Positions 38,435-50,830 of a DNA stretch of 64,000 nucleotides are shown piece after piece. Every line of letters begins with the position of its first letter. Position 1 is the stretch's first letter. Below the pieces are notes generated by a model. The model did not search any database, was not told where the DNA came from, and saw only the letters and a list, made by a program, of their open reading frames with translations. Both the position numbers and the translations under genes were made by a program. Source of the DNA: Octopus vulgaris (taxonomy: Eukaryota); contig OX597815.1 of assembly GCA_951406725.2 (NCBI GenBank), forward strand, positions 174,530,001-174,594,000. Reading direction: 5' to 3'.

Positions 38435-39029
38435 GAAGAGAAATCTTTGTTTTCCTATATTGAAAAATGCATTAGCTACATAAAACCATAGGCAGGATCA
38501 CACTCTATTAACTTCTATTAGTGTGAAGAGCCATCACCTGAAGATATAGCAAAATTAATATTTTAAAACTTCCCACTCACATTTTTACACGTATCTTTAC
38601 ATGTGTGTGTGTGTGTGTGTGCAAATGTTTATTGTCTTATTGGTTTCAGTCAGTGAAGTTACTTGAGTTTGGTACATAGTTTATGAAATGGCCAACTTTT
38701 ACTTCTAAAGGGTTGTAACTTATTGACCAACCAATTTACACCAGTTTTCACAAACACAATGAAAGATAAATCTAAAAAAAAGTAGGCGAGCTGCTACAGC
38801 AGAGATGTGATGGAGGGGAGTCTGTACCAGACTCTTCACAGGCCAAGAACACATGCAGAAATACTTCTAGGTAGGTAATAGTGCTGGAACGGGAGGAGTA
38901 AGTATATTGTTGACAGAGAAATGGAGTAATTGAAGTAGTCAGAGCAATCAGACTTAGACTAGTCATTGCCAACACTACAGTAACAGTGACTTCTGCTAAT
39001 ATACCATAATCAAAACTGATAGATATAAG

Positions 39030-39865
39030 ATAGTATCAAAAAGTTCCTGGACTATTTCTGCAGCATGCCAACAGATGGCAGCATGTAGTTGTGTGCACAG
39101 TGAGAGCTAGCAGTGACCGTCATAAGGCAGTGTGCCAAGTGACAGCCCTGTGATTACTTTGCAAGTTGTGAAATTTGTGTTTTTGTGATCACATGTATGC
39201 TGTGGTCTGTGATTTTTGTCATGGACAGGAAGTTGGAACAATGAGCCAATGTGATATTTTGCATTAAACTTGGGGAGTCTGCCACAAAGAGATTGAGCAT
39301 GCTTCAGCAAGCTTACGGTGAGGCAGTGAGCAATATGCAATGTTTTGAGTGGCACAGGCTCTTCAAAAGCTGCATGACAGAGCTGCAGTGCAATCAAGAG
39401 TATGTTCATCATATTTTTTTTTTTGACATCCATAGTATTGTGCATCAAGAATTCATCCTCCAGGGCCAGACCATCAATTAAGAGTTCTACTGCAATGTTT
39501 TGAAGTGTTTGAGGGAGGGGATTCAGCAAAAGTGATCAGATCTGTGGAGCACAAAGAATTGGATTCTTCATAACAACAATGCACCCTGTCACCAAGCTCT
39601 CCTCACTCATTAGTTTCTCACCAAAAACAACAACTACACCTGTCCTATTCACCAGATTTAGCACCTGCAGACTTCTATCTCTTCCCCAAGATGAAAATGC
39701 AGCTCAGCGGTTGCTGTTTTAACACCATTGTCAAGATCCAGAGCAAACCACTGAAGGTCCTCGGCTCATTTACAGAAAACAACTCTCAAAAGTGGCAGAA
39801 ACGCTGGGACCATGGTATTGCTGCACAAGGTAACTATTTCAAAGGAGATGATGTTAAAACTTAGG
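39030..39865 (+). pseudogene. Internally deleted mariner (DD34D) transposase pseudogene
   Basis: MDRKLEQ*ANVIFCIKLGESAT...QAYGE; FFDIHSIVHQEF..QGQTIN; WILHNNNAPCH; PYSPDLAPADFYLFPKMK; RWDHGIAAQGNYF; multiple stops. Confidence 0.9.
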
Positions 39866-40199
39866 TAAATAATTTCGTTTTTGGATTTGGTTTACAAGAT
39901 TTTTCAAGTGAGTTCGTGTTTTGAAGCATATTCTGTTGCGTCGGGGTGAGTCATCCACCGGTAAAATTTCCACTTATTTCTTATTTTTATTTTCCTAAAA
40001 TAGTCTTATTTTTTATTGAACATAACTAGTCCAGGAACATTTTGATACCACCTTATAAGCAAAAGGGTTTTATTTTGCTTTTCTGTCAGGTTGTCTTGCA
40101 GATCACCTTAGTAACAACCAACAGTAACATTGCTAGTGATTTAAATGGACACAGTAACAATGATAGCAGTTTCAATATTCATGGAGGTTATATTTGTGG

Positions 40200-41680
40200 T
40201 ACACAGAATGAAAAGGAACCAAGGTCCTATGAGCTCTATGATTAGGTCATTTCCATCACAGAAAACTGATCAATTTGTTGAACTTTACCTGATCACTTAT
40301 CACTTGGGTGAATGCATAAGCCAGATACACTCCTTACTCACTATAAGAGGACAGATAGTTGTGAATACTGAGTCTTTTCCTGGAAAAATGTACCAATCAG
40401 CATAGAAATCAGTGAAATCAAAACAAGAGCTAGATAAACCCAGAGAGACAAGCCAATTTGGAGAAAGAATGGAAACTGAAAGTTCCTTTGGCTTAATATA
40501 GCTTCAAAGAAGTATTAAGTGAGATTATGATGACCAGAAGGAGATAGAGGTTTATCACACAAAAGACAACTGGGACTTTCTACAAGACAACCAGTTCTCT
40601 AAATGGAATAAGTTCCCAACCAACAAAGTGATATGGTGGTGGAATGGTATAGTGGCTTGGACCATAAAAGCTAAGAGAGGATTCTAAAAAGAATGGAAGA
40701 AATTGGGCAATTAAGAACAGTATCGGGTATCTGGAAGAGAAGCAAGATATCAAGTTTGCTTAACAAGGACAATTACTGAAAGTAAGCATTTTGCCAATGT
40801 TCTGCATTGTTAGCCTTTAAAAAATGGAAAGCAGTGAGCTAGTGTGAATAAGAACACTGCATACAGGCATAATGTAGTGGATAAGAATACTGGTTGATAC
40901 TGTGCAGTCACTTAGAAGCCCTGAGGCAAGGCACTGAGGTGAATCACAAAACACCTGTAGAAGGCTACAACTGATACAGCCAAAACATAGTGAAAGCAAT
41001 AATCAAGATGAGGACATCATTCTAACTAATATTTTGATTCATTTTACAGAAGGGAGGGAGGGATGGTTGGTTGGCTGGTTGGTAATTTTATGTGGGTGCA
41101 CAAGAGATGCAGTGGGATCAACAGGCAGACAGTCAGAAAAGAAAGGTGCCCATTTATTATCAGATCAAGTACATATATAATAGTTTTTTTCAAATAGCTG
41201 GAAAGCTTCCTAGAAGTAGATTCTGTTACTCAGGTGATCTGATTAATTGTTGAGGTAAGTATTCTGAAAGAATAGTAGTCAGAGTGAAAAGAAAGAGGAA
41301 AAAGTTCAGTGAATTATTATTCCTACTGCCAACAAAAATAATAAAGAACAAATTTTATGATACTTGTGCATAAAATGTAATATTGCATAAACTTTCAATG
41401 CAGTGGATAAGGCTGGAGAGAAATGAGGTAACCATGCTCTACTGGATATGTAATGTTAGAGTAAACGAACTACAAAGTACAAATTAGTTAAGAGGTAAAC
41501 TGATAATAAAATGAATCATCTATAGTGTGCTACTGAACAAACTGCACTGGTACACACATGTGATACATATGAAGGGTGACAGTTGAATGAAAAAAATGCC
41601 AGGAGATACAAATGGAATTTAATTGCAGTGGAAGACTTGGGAAATGTTATAAGATGATTTCAGAAGGCTAAACTTCATGA
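40200..41680 (+). mobile_element. Highly decayed RTE-like LINE remnants
   Basis: WWWN...TIKAKR..*KEWKK peptide remnant typical of the RTE linker region; no intact ORF. Confidence 0.35.
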
Positions 41681-42550
41681 TAGAAATAATAATGGACCAA
41701 AACATGTGGTGCTGCAAAGTTTCCATCTACCAAATTTCTGTTGCAAAGTATTGGTCAACTTAGAGCTATAATAAAAGACTTGCTGAAAATGGCACTCTGT
41801 GACATTGTACCCAGAGCCATATGATTCCAAAACAAACATCTTAATTAGAAAATATAGAGAATAAGGATGATACAAAAAAAAAAAAATCAAGGCAATACAT
41901 AGGGGAAATGATGGAAAGAAAGAAAGAGAACACATACAGATAAAGATTGTATTCTTGGTTCAAACCTCACAAATGTTAATTTGCTTTTCATCTCTCTAGA
42001 ACCAATAGAATAAACTACTGGTTTATATATATACTGAGATAAATTCAATTACATGTGTGTGTGTGTGTGTGCATGCGTGCATGTGTGTGTGTCTGTGTGA
42101 GCATGTGTGTGTACATGCATGCATGTATGTGTGTATATAATGATATTCACATATATACACTTATGCACATTCACACATGTATAAATATATAATTACATTT
42201 TATAGATTTATTGTTTTAACAAATAATCTCCACTTTTACTAGTAGCTTTTTGTACAATAAATATTATGAATCTATAAATGCAAAAAAATAATTTTAGAAT
42301 GATCCTTTTCAATTCAAACATTAAGAAATTTGATTCATAACAGTTAAAATTATTTCTCCTTGAAATATGATATCAAAGAATTAGAAGTAGAAAGAGCAAT
42401 CAAATGTCATATGATTGTAAGTGAGAATAAACATATGTAACTTGGCTTTTGTTAACATGTACTGGTATTTAAATATGCATACATGCTAATATAATCCACA
42501 ATTAAAGTAAAGAAATAAAGAAATTCTCTATCTGCAAAACCAGAAATATG

Positions 42551-42862
42551 TGGAGGTGCAATGACCCAGTGGTTAGGGCAGAGGACTTGCAGTTGGAGGA
42601 TCGCAGTTTCGATTCCCAGACCAGGCGTAGTGTGTGTTTATTGAGCGAAAACACCTAAAGCTCCATGAGGCTCCAGCAGGGGGTAGTGGCAACCCCTGTT
42701 GTACTCTTTCGCCCCAACTTTCTCTCACTCTTTCTTCCTGTTTCTTGAGTAATGCTGCGATGGACTGGCAGCCCGTCCAGCTGGGGGGAATACATACACC
42801 ACAGAAACTGGGAAACCGGGCCCATGAGCCTGGCTAGGCTTGAGAAGGGCACAAAAAAAAAA
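42551..42862 (+). mobile_element. Full-length tRNA-derived SINE (family C) with poly(A) tail and TSD
   Basis: Head gacccagtggttagggcagaggacttgc...gtttcgattccc; body tgcgatggactggcagcccgtccag; A-tail; TSD cagaaatat at 42541-42549 and 42863-42871. Confidence 0.85.
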
Positions 42863-43844
42863 CAGAAATATAGTGTACCACATGAGATACATGGAAGGGC
42901 AATATAAAGACACCATCACAACCCATATAGGAGGAACAATTTGCAGTGTATGTGAAAAGAACACAAAACACTGGCAAGAATATAATGAAGCAGATATCCA
43001 TACTCGATCAAGATGCAGTAGAAAAACAATGGATTAATAAAAGAATAAGTAAAAATTCTTCCCATGCATCCAAAAGGCCCAACATTAATTCAAATTATAG
43101 AGGCTGTATGAATACAGGAAAAAGATACTGACACTCTTCCCAGGCATACCCAATAGAAAGCGTTGCGTTCCTTTACTAATTGCTTGCCACTAAGCCTTGC
43201 ATGTACACTCATTCTGCACCTCATATAGTAACTCTCTCTGTATCTCTCCTTTCCTCTCTCTCTTTATACAATGTAAAGTGTGATTGGAGAAATCAACCAA
43301 CCAGTTAGTCAACCAACATTTACATCAGCTATTTTATATATATGTATATATAAGTGTTATTAATGTCAAGTGAATGGGAAAGGAGTGCTCAATGCATATC
43401 GTAGAGGATATAGTTTCTTTATTAAAAGTGAAACAAAGAGCCTGTCTTGTGACTCAAGTTTTGTGCCAGTACATCATCAGGCATGAAGCTTGAGTAATGA
43501 GACAAATTCTCAGTTTTAATTGTATTTGTGTGTGTGTGTGAGAGAGAGAAAGAGTTAGTTGAAAAAATTTGGAGTTGAATTGAGAAGAGAATGTTATTTG
43601 TTATTTTGAATCTATATGTGTGTATATATGTAAGTATGTATGTATGTGTCAGTAGGAGTGGATCTGTGATGAATTTTTTGAGGCTTGGTTAGAGGGGGAA
43701 AAAAACAGAACAAAGAAAGAAAGACAGACAAGAAGAAAGAAAAAAGACAAAAGAAAACTGATCTCTTATAAGGTATGTATGATACAATTTTAGCCATGGC
43801 TTTCTGGTTTCACACAAATTTTAACAGAATACACTATTTTAAAG

Positions 43845-44313
43845 AAGGCCACCACAAGGTCTGGTTCTTGTAATGCAATAGTTTGTATGTCTCAATGACT
43901 ATAAGATTTATGCCAGCAGTGTGCAAGCTCCTAGCAGGGCTTCCTATGCTAGACAGGTCAAAGGATAGAGACCGAACTAATATGGTCCACTTCTTTTCAG
44001 AGGTAAAAACAGACTTGCATAAGGCTAACACCTATACCTAGAAAAAAAAGCAAAGTTATAGAAGCATCAATGATTATTCAAAACCAACAGTACCCAGGAG
44101 AAAGAAGCCTTACCTCAAGGAAACACATGACCTGGAACCCACAAGGGATGTGGAAGAGAGGTTGCTCTAAAAATAGCTGGAGACAGGATACTGAGGCAGA
44201 GCTGATAATGCAGGGACTCATCTGTAGAAATGCAGAAAAGATAGGACTGAGTTGAGAATTATGATGAGAAGTTGTTGATTGTCTAGGTTCCACTGGGAGC
44301 TAAGAACTTAAGT
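43845..44313 (+). mobile_element. Bipartite non-autonomous RTE derivative (5' UTR joined to ORF 3' end)
   Basis: 5' part has the RTE-5'UTR-like motif (aatgac...tatgccagc...agggcttcctatgctagacaggtc); 3' part encodes TWNPQGMWKRGCSKNSWRQDTEAEL (RTE C-terminus WNPQGKRKRGRP). Confidence 0.7.
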
Positions 44314-44862
44314 ATTTTAAAGGTGAGGGAAAATAAGTTTTGGAAAAGCACCACTAAATGAATTTAATAACAAGTCTCCACAACTAAGATTTCAAAATTA
44401 TCATACTATTTATATGCTTGCATTAATTAGTAAATCGGTCACTTTAAAATGCAAATGTGAGTAAGCTTCAAACCCTAGACATGAATGTCATGCCTTTATC
44501 AGAAGTAACTGTTTTTTCTTTTGTTGCTGTTTTTAAATAATTGTAATGAAGCTAGATAAATTAATTTCACAATTGATAATTATATATATTGTAGTTACAT
44601 AAAGAGATGATATGATCAACTAACATAAATAACTAAAGAGTATTGTTACTTATAACCCACTTTTCAGGTGAGTGAAGAGGAGATGCTGTAATCTGCTAAC
44701 CTAATTAAACTTGAACTTTGGACTCAAGGCATGTCAAAGTAACTTTACCTGCCAAACTATATCTTAGATAACGACACATACAACTGAGTTAGAAAAATAA
44801 ATATCACAAATGATCTTATAGTAACCATAACTAAAGAAGCACATACAGAGAACTCTTTTCTC

Positions 44863-45006
44863 ATGGAATCAACTCACCCCAAATCATCTCTTCTTGACCA
44901 GAATAATGAACTCTACTCAAATGTGTTCACAGAAATTCCACCTCAACCTAAAATTGCAAAACCAGGTCATTTAACAGAAGAGCAAATAAAGAAATTCTTC
45001 GATGAG
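44863..45006 (+). CDS. PhyH-family Fe(II)/2OG dioxygenase, coding exon 1
   Basis: ATG at 44863; MESTHPKSSLLDQNNELYSNVFTEIPPQPKIAKPGHLTEEQIKKFFDE then gtaaat donor. LTEEQIKKFFDE|GFLIV is the typical PhyH-domain N-terminal motif. Confidence 0.85.
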
Positions 45007-46419
45007 GTAAATTAATTCTCTTACATATTTTACAATATCCATTCATCATTATAATCATAATTGCTTTCCTGTGTAAAAAGGGTAGGATTCTTATGTAATA
45101 CTGTTTATGTAATAGCTGTCATTGATCAAAAAAGTTTTTTTCAAAATTGGTATCACTCCCACTTATCATTCTGGTATTAGATATTTACAGTGAAAATTTG
45201 AATTATAAAAGAAGCACGATCAATTATTACCATCATCATTGTCATCGTCATCATTGTCATCATCATCATCATCATCATCATTTTTATATTTGTTTTCCCT
45301 ACTGGCAGGATTTTGATGTGTTGTCATGTTCCATGTCAGTCCTTAATAGGTGTTGCTGCCTTTCTAGGGGGTCAAAGGATTGTGCCTTGCTCATACATTC
45401 GATTTTTGGCATGGTTTCTGTTGGATGCTCTTCTTAAAACTAAATACTTTACAGAGTGTACTGGACTCGTTTTATTGCAACACTTAACACTAGAAGGGTT
45501 GTCATACTCTTCACCAAACTAAAAGGGTCTCTCGATCTTATGCAACCTTCACTCATCTACCATTCAATTTACAGTCTCCACATTCTGTATTTAATTGTTG
45601 CACTCATACTAGTTAGGTTGCCTTGAACTCCTCAAAGTTAAAGATTGCCCACAAGCTAATGAGATTTCTGTTCATTCAAGACAATATACCCAAAATAGTA
45701 AATAGCAGATAATAGGAAAAGAACCAGGATGAGTGGTGGAAGGGATGGGAAAGTGTACCACATGAGATACATAGAAGGGCAATATAAAGACACTATCACG
45801 ACCCATATTAGAGGAACAATATGTAGAGAGAAAGAGGTGTGAGTAATGGAAGGGAGACATGATGGGAGTTATGTGTTTGCTACTATGAAAGAGAACTCTT
45901 GAGAGGAATAGTAACAGAAATGAGTAAGAGTTACAGACAGCAGATTTCAGTAATGACTGATTGGATGAAATGGAGTGATGACTGATGACACAGAATGGGT
46001 GATTGTAGAGCATATTGGTTTCAAACAAATCTGATGCAGTCCCACATGTATAGGTATCTTAATGGGACAAAGTGATAAGGATTGTCAGTGGGGGAAGAAT
46101 AGGGGTGAGTGGAGATAGGTTCTGTGCTTTCACTTTACCCAGGCAGTATGGTGTAGTGAATAAGAGTGTCAGAGAGATGACAGGATCAGGGACAAACTAA
46201 TGCCATACCTACTTACAAAGGTTGCTTGGTACAATAAATAGACAAGAAGATGAATGGAGAGAAAATAAGTGATAAAAGATGAGTAAGAACAAGCTGAGAG
46301 ATAGAGATGAAAGGAAATCCAAAAGGTGAACAACAGCAGATAGTGATTTAACAGGGTCACACTGGGTAAGACACTAAATATGTAAATATATTATACCTTT
46401 CAGCTGCTATTCCTCTCTC

Positions 46420-47610
46420 CATTTTAATGTTCATTTCACCATAACTACATGGGGATGGGTCTTCTCCAGTTAGTGTAGTCTTTTGTCATCTCCTATGAGA
46501 GGCAAAGCATTCTGACATCATTCTTAAATACTTCATCCCATGTCTTCCTATGTCTGTTTCTCTGCTTCACAGTTTCCATCTATTGTGAGTGCCTTTAATT
46601 TCTTTATGCGGTTGTCATCTTCCCTACGCATCACATGTCCATACAACTTCAGTTTCCTTTCTTGCACACTACATCTAATTCCTATCATATCCATTTTTTT
46701 TTTTCTCACCTCACTTTTGTCCCACCAATCATACATACTATCATTACAAATGCAATGGAGTATGCTCACTTTGTTACTTTCAAACCTTCACAAATCTGCA
46801 TTTAATGTCCATGGTTCACCTAGCAGCATCACATTTTGTAAACAAACATCATACAGTCTGACGTTTACCTGAGAGAGAAACTTTGTAACCAAAAGAAATA
46901 AAAATTACCTGAACTTTTTCCAGTCTATCTTACTCTGGTCACTGTTCTTTCAGAACACCTAGCTCCACTGCTAATTTGGTCACCTAGATAACAAAAGCTG
47001 TCAACTACTAAAAGCTGCCCAGGCATTTGAGAGAATCTGTTTCACAGTTCTTTTAGTGTTTACTACTTTTGTGCATCCATCTTATATGAAGTTCACCTTC
47101 TTTGTTAATCTGTTATCTCACTACATCTCTTGTGTATCCCTGGTTTACTCTGGGTACAATATAGAATTTCTATGTCTCCTTTATCACAAATCATACGTAG
47201 CTATTTCCTTGGTGTTATCAGAGACTTGTCTTCTTTCTAACTAAAACTTTAATCTTTGCTATGAGCTGAAAACTTAGGTAAAGAGAATGTGACTGAGGAT
47301 TGAGCCATAACGAACCCCTATTTGCATATTAAATTCATTGCTGTATTCACTATTCACTCTTACTTTGCCACCCACTCCTGTTTTCATGATCCTCACAAGA
47401 CATTCATGTAGCCTTCTTTAACAGCCACTAAATTACAGAGCATAAAACCCTATTAAAAGCCTTTGTAAGATCAACAAATATTAGGTATAACAGCTAAGTT
47501 TTTGTCAAGTTTTACAGTTTTCTTTCTAGGAAGAGGGCATCAGTACCTCTTCCTAACAAATCCAAACTGCATCTCATCAAGGTTAATTCTGTCTCTAATC
47601 ACTTGTGCTA
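46420..47610 (-). mobile_element. Decayed RTE LINE (RT and C-terminal region)
   Basis: ORF 46548-46769 (GIRCSVQERKLKLYGHVMRREDD) homologous to 10817-11233; further RT remnants (FVDLTKAF, GVRYGSIL). Confidence 0.75.
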
Positions 47611-47673
47611 TATAACCTTTTCAATCATTGCTTTCTAAAACATTATATATCATTCTCTTCTATTTAATATCAG

Positions 47674-47791
47674 GGTTTTCTTATTGTGAATGATATTTTC
47701 ACACCTGAAGAACTTCAACCATGTTGTAATGACATTGAAATCCTAGTTGACAATCTGGCACAGAAACTGTATGAAGCAGGGAAAATTAATG
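47674..47791 (+). CDS. PhyH-family dioxygenase, coding exon 2
   Basis: atcag| acceptor, g|gtatgt donor; GFLIVNDIFTPEELQPCCNDIEILVDNLAQKLYEAGKIN. Confidence 0.88.
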
Positions 47792-48432
47792 GTATGTTTT
47801 AGTAAGATTGATTCCTTTCATGCACCTTACATACTAATTTCCCACTCAAGGTAGCAAATTTTTTCCATACCACTTTATTAAAATGCAGTATAAATTCAAA
47901 TTTTGTACAAAACAAATTTGATTGTTAAACTATTCCATGTACTTTTATTTCCAACCTACTCCTTTCTTTCTCTCTTTTCTTAACTCATCTGTTACTTATT
48001 TAAGTCTAACAAGTAGTTATAAAAGGATATGAAAAGTTCCTATTTGCAAGTGGAACCACTTAAAGCACAGAGGAAAGCAAAAACATTTCAATAAGAGCCA
48101 AAATGACCATCAAGTGCTTGTTGGTTCATGCAATTTCCATCACAGAATAGTTGTCAATTTTTTTTTTTTTTTTTTGAGCAACACTACTTTTTATTTTAAT
48201 GGCACTATTAAATATATCCATATTTACTTTGTAATTATGCTACTAGTTGTGAAGTGACACTCATAAATAAATTTTACTCTTTATGCTATTGTACCCATTT
48301 TCACTGATCTTCATGTACACTTCAGCTTCCATTTCTAGACAAATCTCAGTTCTTATTCCCAGTTCTCTTTCTTTTTATTGCTCGGTACTTTGAAACAATT
48401 AACAAATTAATCATTGAAGAGATACCATACAC

Positions 48433-48918
48433 CAGTGCTTCTCAAACTATCTGATGTGGCATACCAGCAGCTTTTTTTCCCAATGTGCCAGGGACCAGTA
48501 ATAGTTCTTAGTAATATTTCTTAGAAGATGGTGAACTGGCAGAATCGTTAGCACGCTGGACGAAATGCTTGGTGGTATTTCACCCGTTGCTACATTCTGA
48601 GTTCAAATACAACTGAGGTCAATTTTGCTTTTCATCCTCCCCTGAAATTTCAGGCCTTGTGCTTATAATAGAAAGGAATATTTATTAGTAATATTAATTT
48701 ATACCGGAAACAATATATTTAATGAATACAATAAAAGTGCATAATTTCTTTTATCTTATATTTATTTTGTAAACAAATAATACAATATTACATAAGCATT
48801 TCATAAGCATTTTATAAGCATTTTATGTTTCTTTCTTTTCTGGAAACTCACCACACACTGGCAGCTGATGGCTAATAGACTGGTGGCAGTCCATAAGTCA
48901 CCACTTTGAGTAGCACTG
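48433..48918. mobile_element. hAT-type MITE with nested family-A SINE (48528-48678)
   Basis: TIRs cagtgcttctcaaa / tttgagtagcactg; perfect 8-bp TSD ccatacac at 48425-48432 and 48919-48926. Confidence 0.9.
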
Positions 48919-49953
48919 CCATACACCTTTCTGAATAACGCAATTGGCCAGCTTACTAACTGGATATATGAACAACAATTTTATTGCTGTTTATTGTGTC
49001 TCTACTAAAAAGAAAACATTTAAAACAGATACTGTAATAAAATCCATTTACTCTCCTATAAATAGGAGATTGGAAACTAACAATTGTTTAATTAGATTGC
49101 AATACTGATAAAATTCTCCCACAACTTGAATGATTTATCCTAGGTATATCAGGAGTCTAATAACCATTATTACTTTCATGTACATAGGGCAAGATAGTGA
49201 CATAGCCCATCCTTCTCAAATTTATACCCCAAAAACTACACCTGCTGCAAATTAATAAAACACTCATGAATTTTTCAGTGTTATCAATATTACAGCGGGG
49301 AACTATTTCTAGCCTGTGACAGCTTTTTTTATGAACTATATTTGAGATTTAATATAGGGATTTGTGACAGGATACAGACCAACAACATCATGTCCATCAG
49401 ATATCCAACATTCTCGGCCATCATGAAGATTACACTGCATGTTGGCAACATTTTCAATGGTGCATTGATGAGTAAATGAGTTATGGAACATCAGTAATAC
49501 AATTTTAGAAATTCCTATGGTAAATCATTTAATCAGTCAGTTTCTAAACAATATTTTATGTGAGCAACTCAAGGCATATCTGCCATATAATTCTCAAATT
49601 TGCATTTTCATTAATTTTTTCTTTTAGCATTTTTAAAAACCAATGAGTCAATAATATTATTAACATTTTTTTTGTTTAGAATATAACACTTCTCTCATAT
49701 TCTGTCTGCTATTTCTGAAAATATTATAATTTTACATGCTCATACTTTTGAGTATTTGAGTATCATTTATTCATTACTACTGCATATGTTAGATAAACAT
49801 GTTGTTTAAGCTCTATGCATTTTGTACATCCTCTTTAGTAGTTGTGTTGTTCCTTCTTTACACATCTTCAAATCTTTGTCATTTATCTGTCAATGTTCCC
49901 TCTACTATCACATTTGTTTTATCACTCAAAAACATTCAAAACATTATTTCTAG

Positions 49954-50054
49954 ACCTTCATGAAGACTGTGGATTATTTCAAAGATTGACAGAGATAGAC
50001 AAGGAATTTTCGGGAGCATCTATTCTTATCTTCAAATCTCAGAAGTTGACCAAG
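49954..50054 (+). CDS. PhyH-family dioxygenase, coding exon 3
   Basis: ttctag| acceptor, aag|gtaatt donor; (D)LHEDCGLFQRLTEIDKEFSGASILIFKSQKLTK; phase 1 in, phase 0 out. Confidence 0.85.
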
Positions 50055-50126
50055 GTAATTGTTTCATGTTTCATGTAATCATAGAAAAATTGAAAATGTC
50101 TTGATAGTTGAAGTTTTAAGGTGATG

Positions 50127-50330
50127 TTAGTTAGTTAGTTAGTTAGTTAATTTGGCTCAAAAGCAAATAGCAAGGCCATGTAGGGGGACATGGAGTTAAG
50201 TACAGGGTGGTGTTCATGTAAAGAGTTCAGGCCACTTCAGGTCAAGGGAGGCTTTGAACAAAGCGGTCATCGGTATCTTCACCATCTCGTCTGGCAGCTT
50301 GTTCCACGGATCCGCAACCCGGACGGAGAA
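50127..50330 (-). mobile_element. CR1-type LINE 3' end with (CTAA)n tail
   Basis: Reverse strand encodes FSVRVADPWNKLPDEMVKIPMTALFKASLD (CR1 ORF2 terminus); (ttag)n on +. Confidence 0.85.
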
Positions 50331-50530
50331 TTATTCCTGTAAATAATGACTTCATTGACATTTTTCTATAAACATTTTTCCTCTACAACATATTAATCAA
50401 CCACCCTGACATAATCTCTGAAATCAATATTTTTTTCGTGAAGCTGTTGTCAGAGAGGAAACTTCTTTATACTTTTATTACTTGTGTCTGCATTTACTAC
50501 AGAATTCTCAGCATTGTCCACTAGTATGAG

Positions 50531-50561
<31 letters not shown>

Positions 50562-50620
50562 GTTAATTTAGTGTTAACTGCCAAAAAAAGAGTACTCCTC
50601 AATACCATAACAGAGATTTG

Positions 50621-50830
50621 TCATCATCATCATCATCATTCTCATCATTTAATGTCTGTTTTCCATGCTGGTATGGGTTGGACAGTTTGACAGGAGCTGG
50701 CAAGCAGAAGAGCTACATCAGGCTCCAATTATCTGTTTTGGCATGGTTTCTGTGGCTGGATGTCCTTCCTAATGCCAACCATTTTACAGAGTGTACTGAG
50801 AGCTTTTTATATGGCACCAACACAGCTGCT
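50621..50830 (-). mobile_element. RTE 3' UTR fragment
   Basis: catcatttaatgtctgttttccatgctggtatgggttggacag; further copies near 22303, 45260, 51300, 58590 (-) and 58975-59150 (+). Confidence 0.75.
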
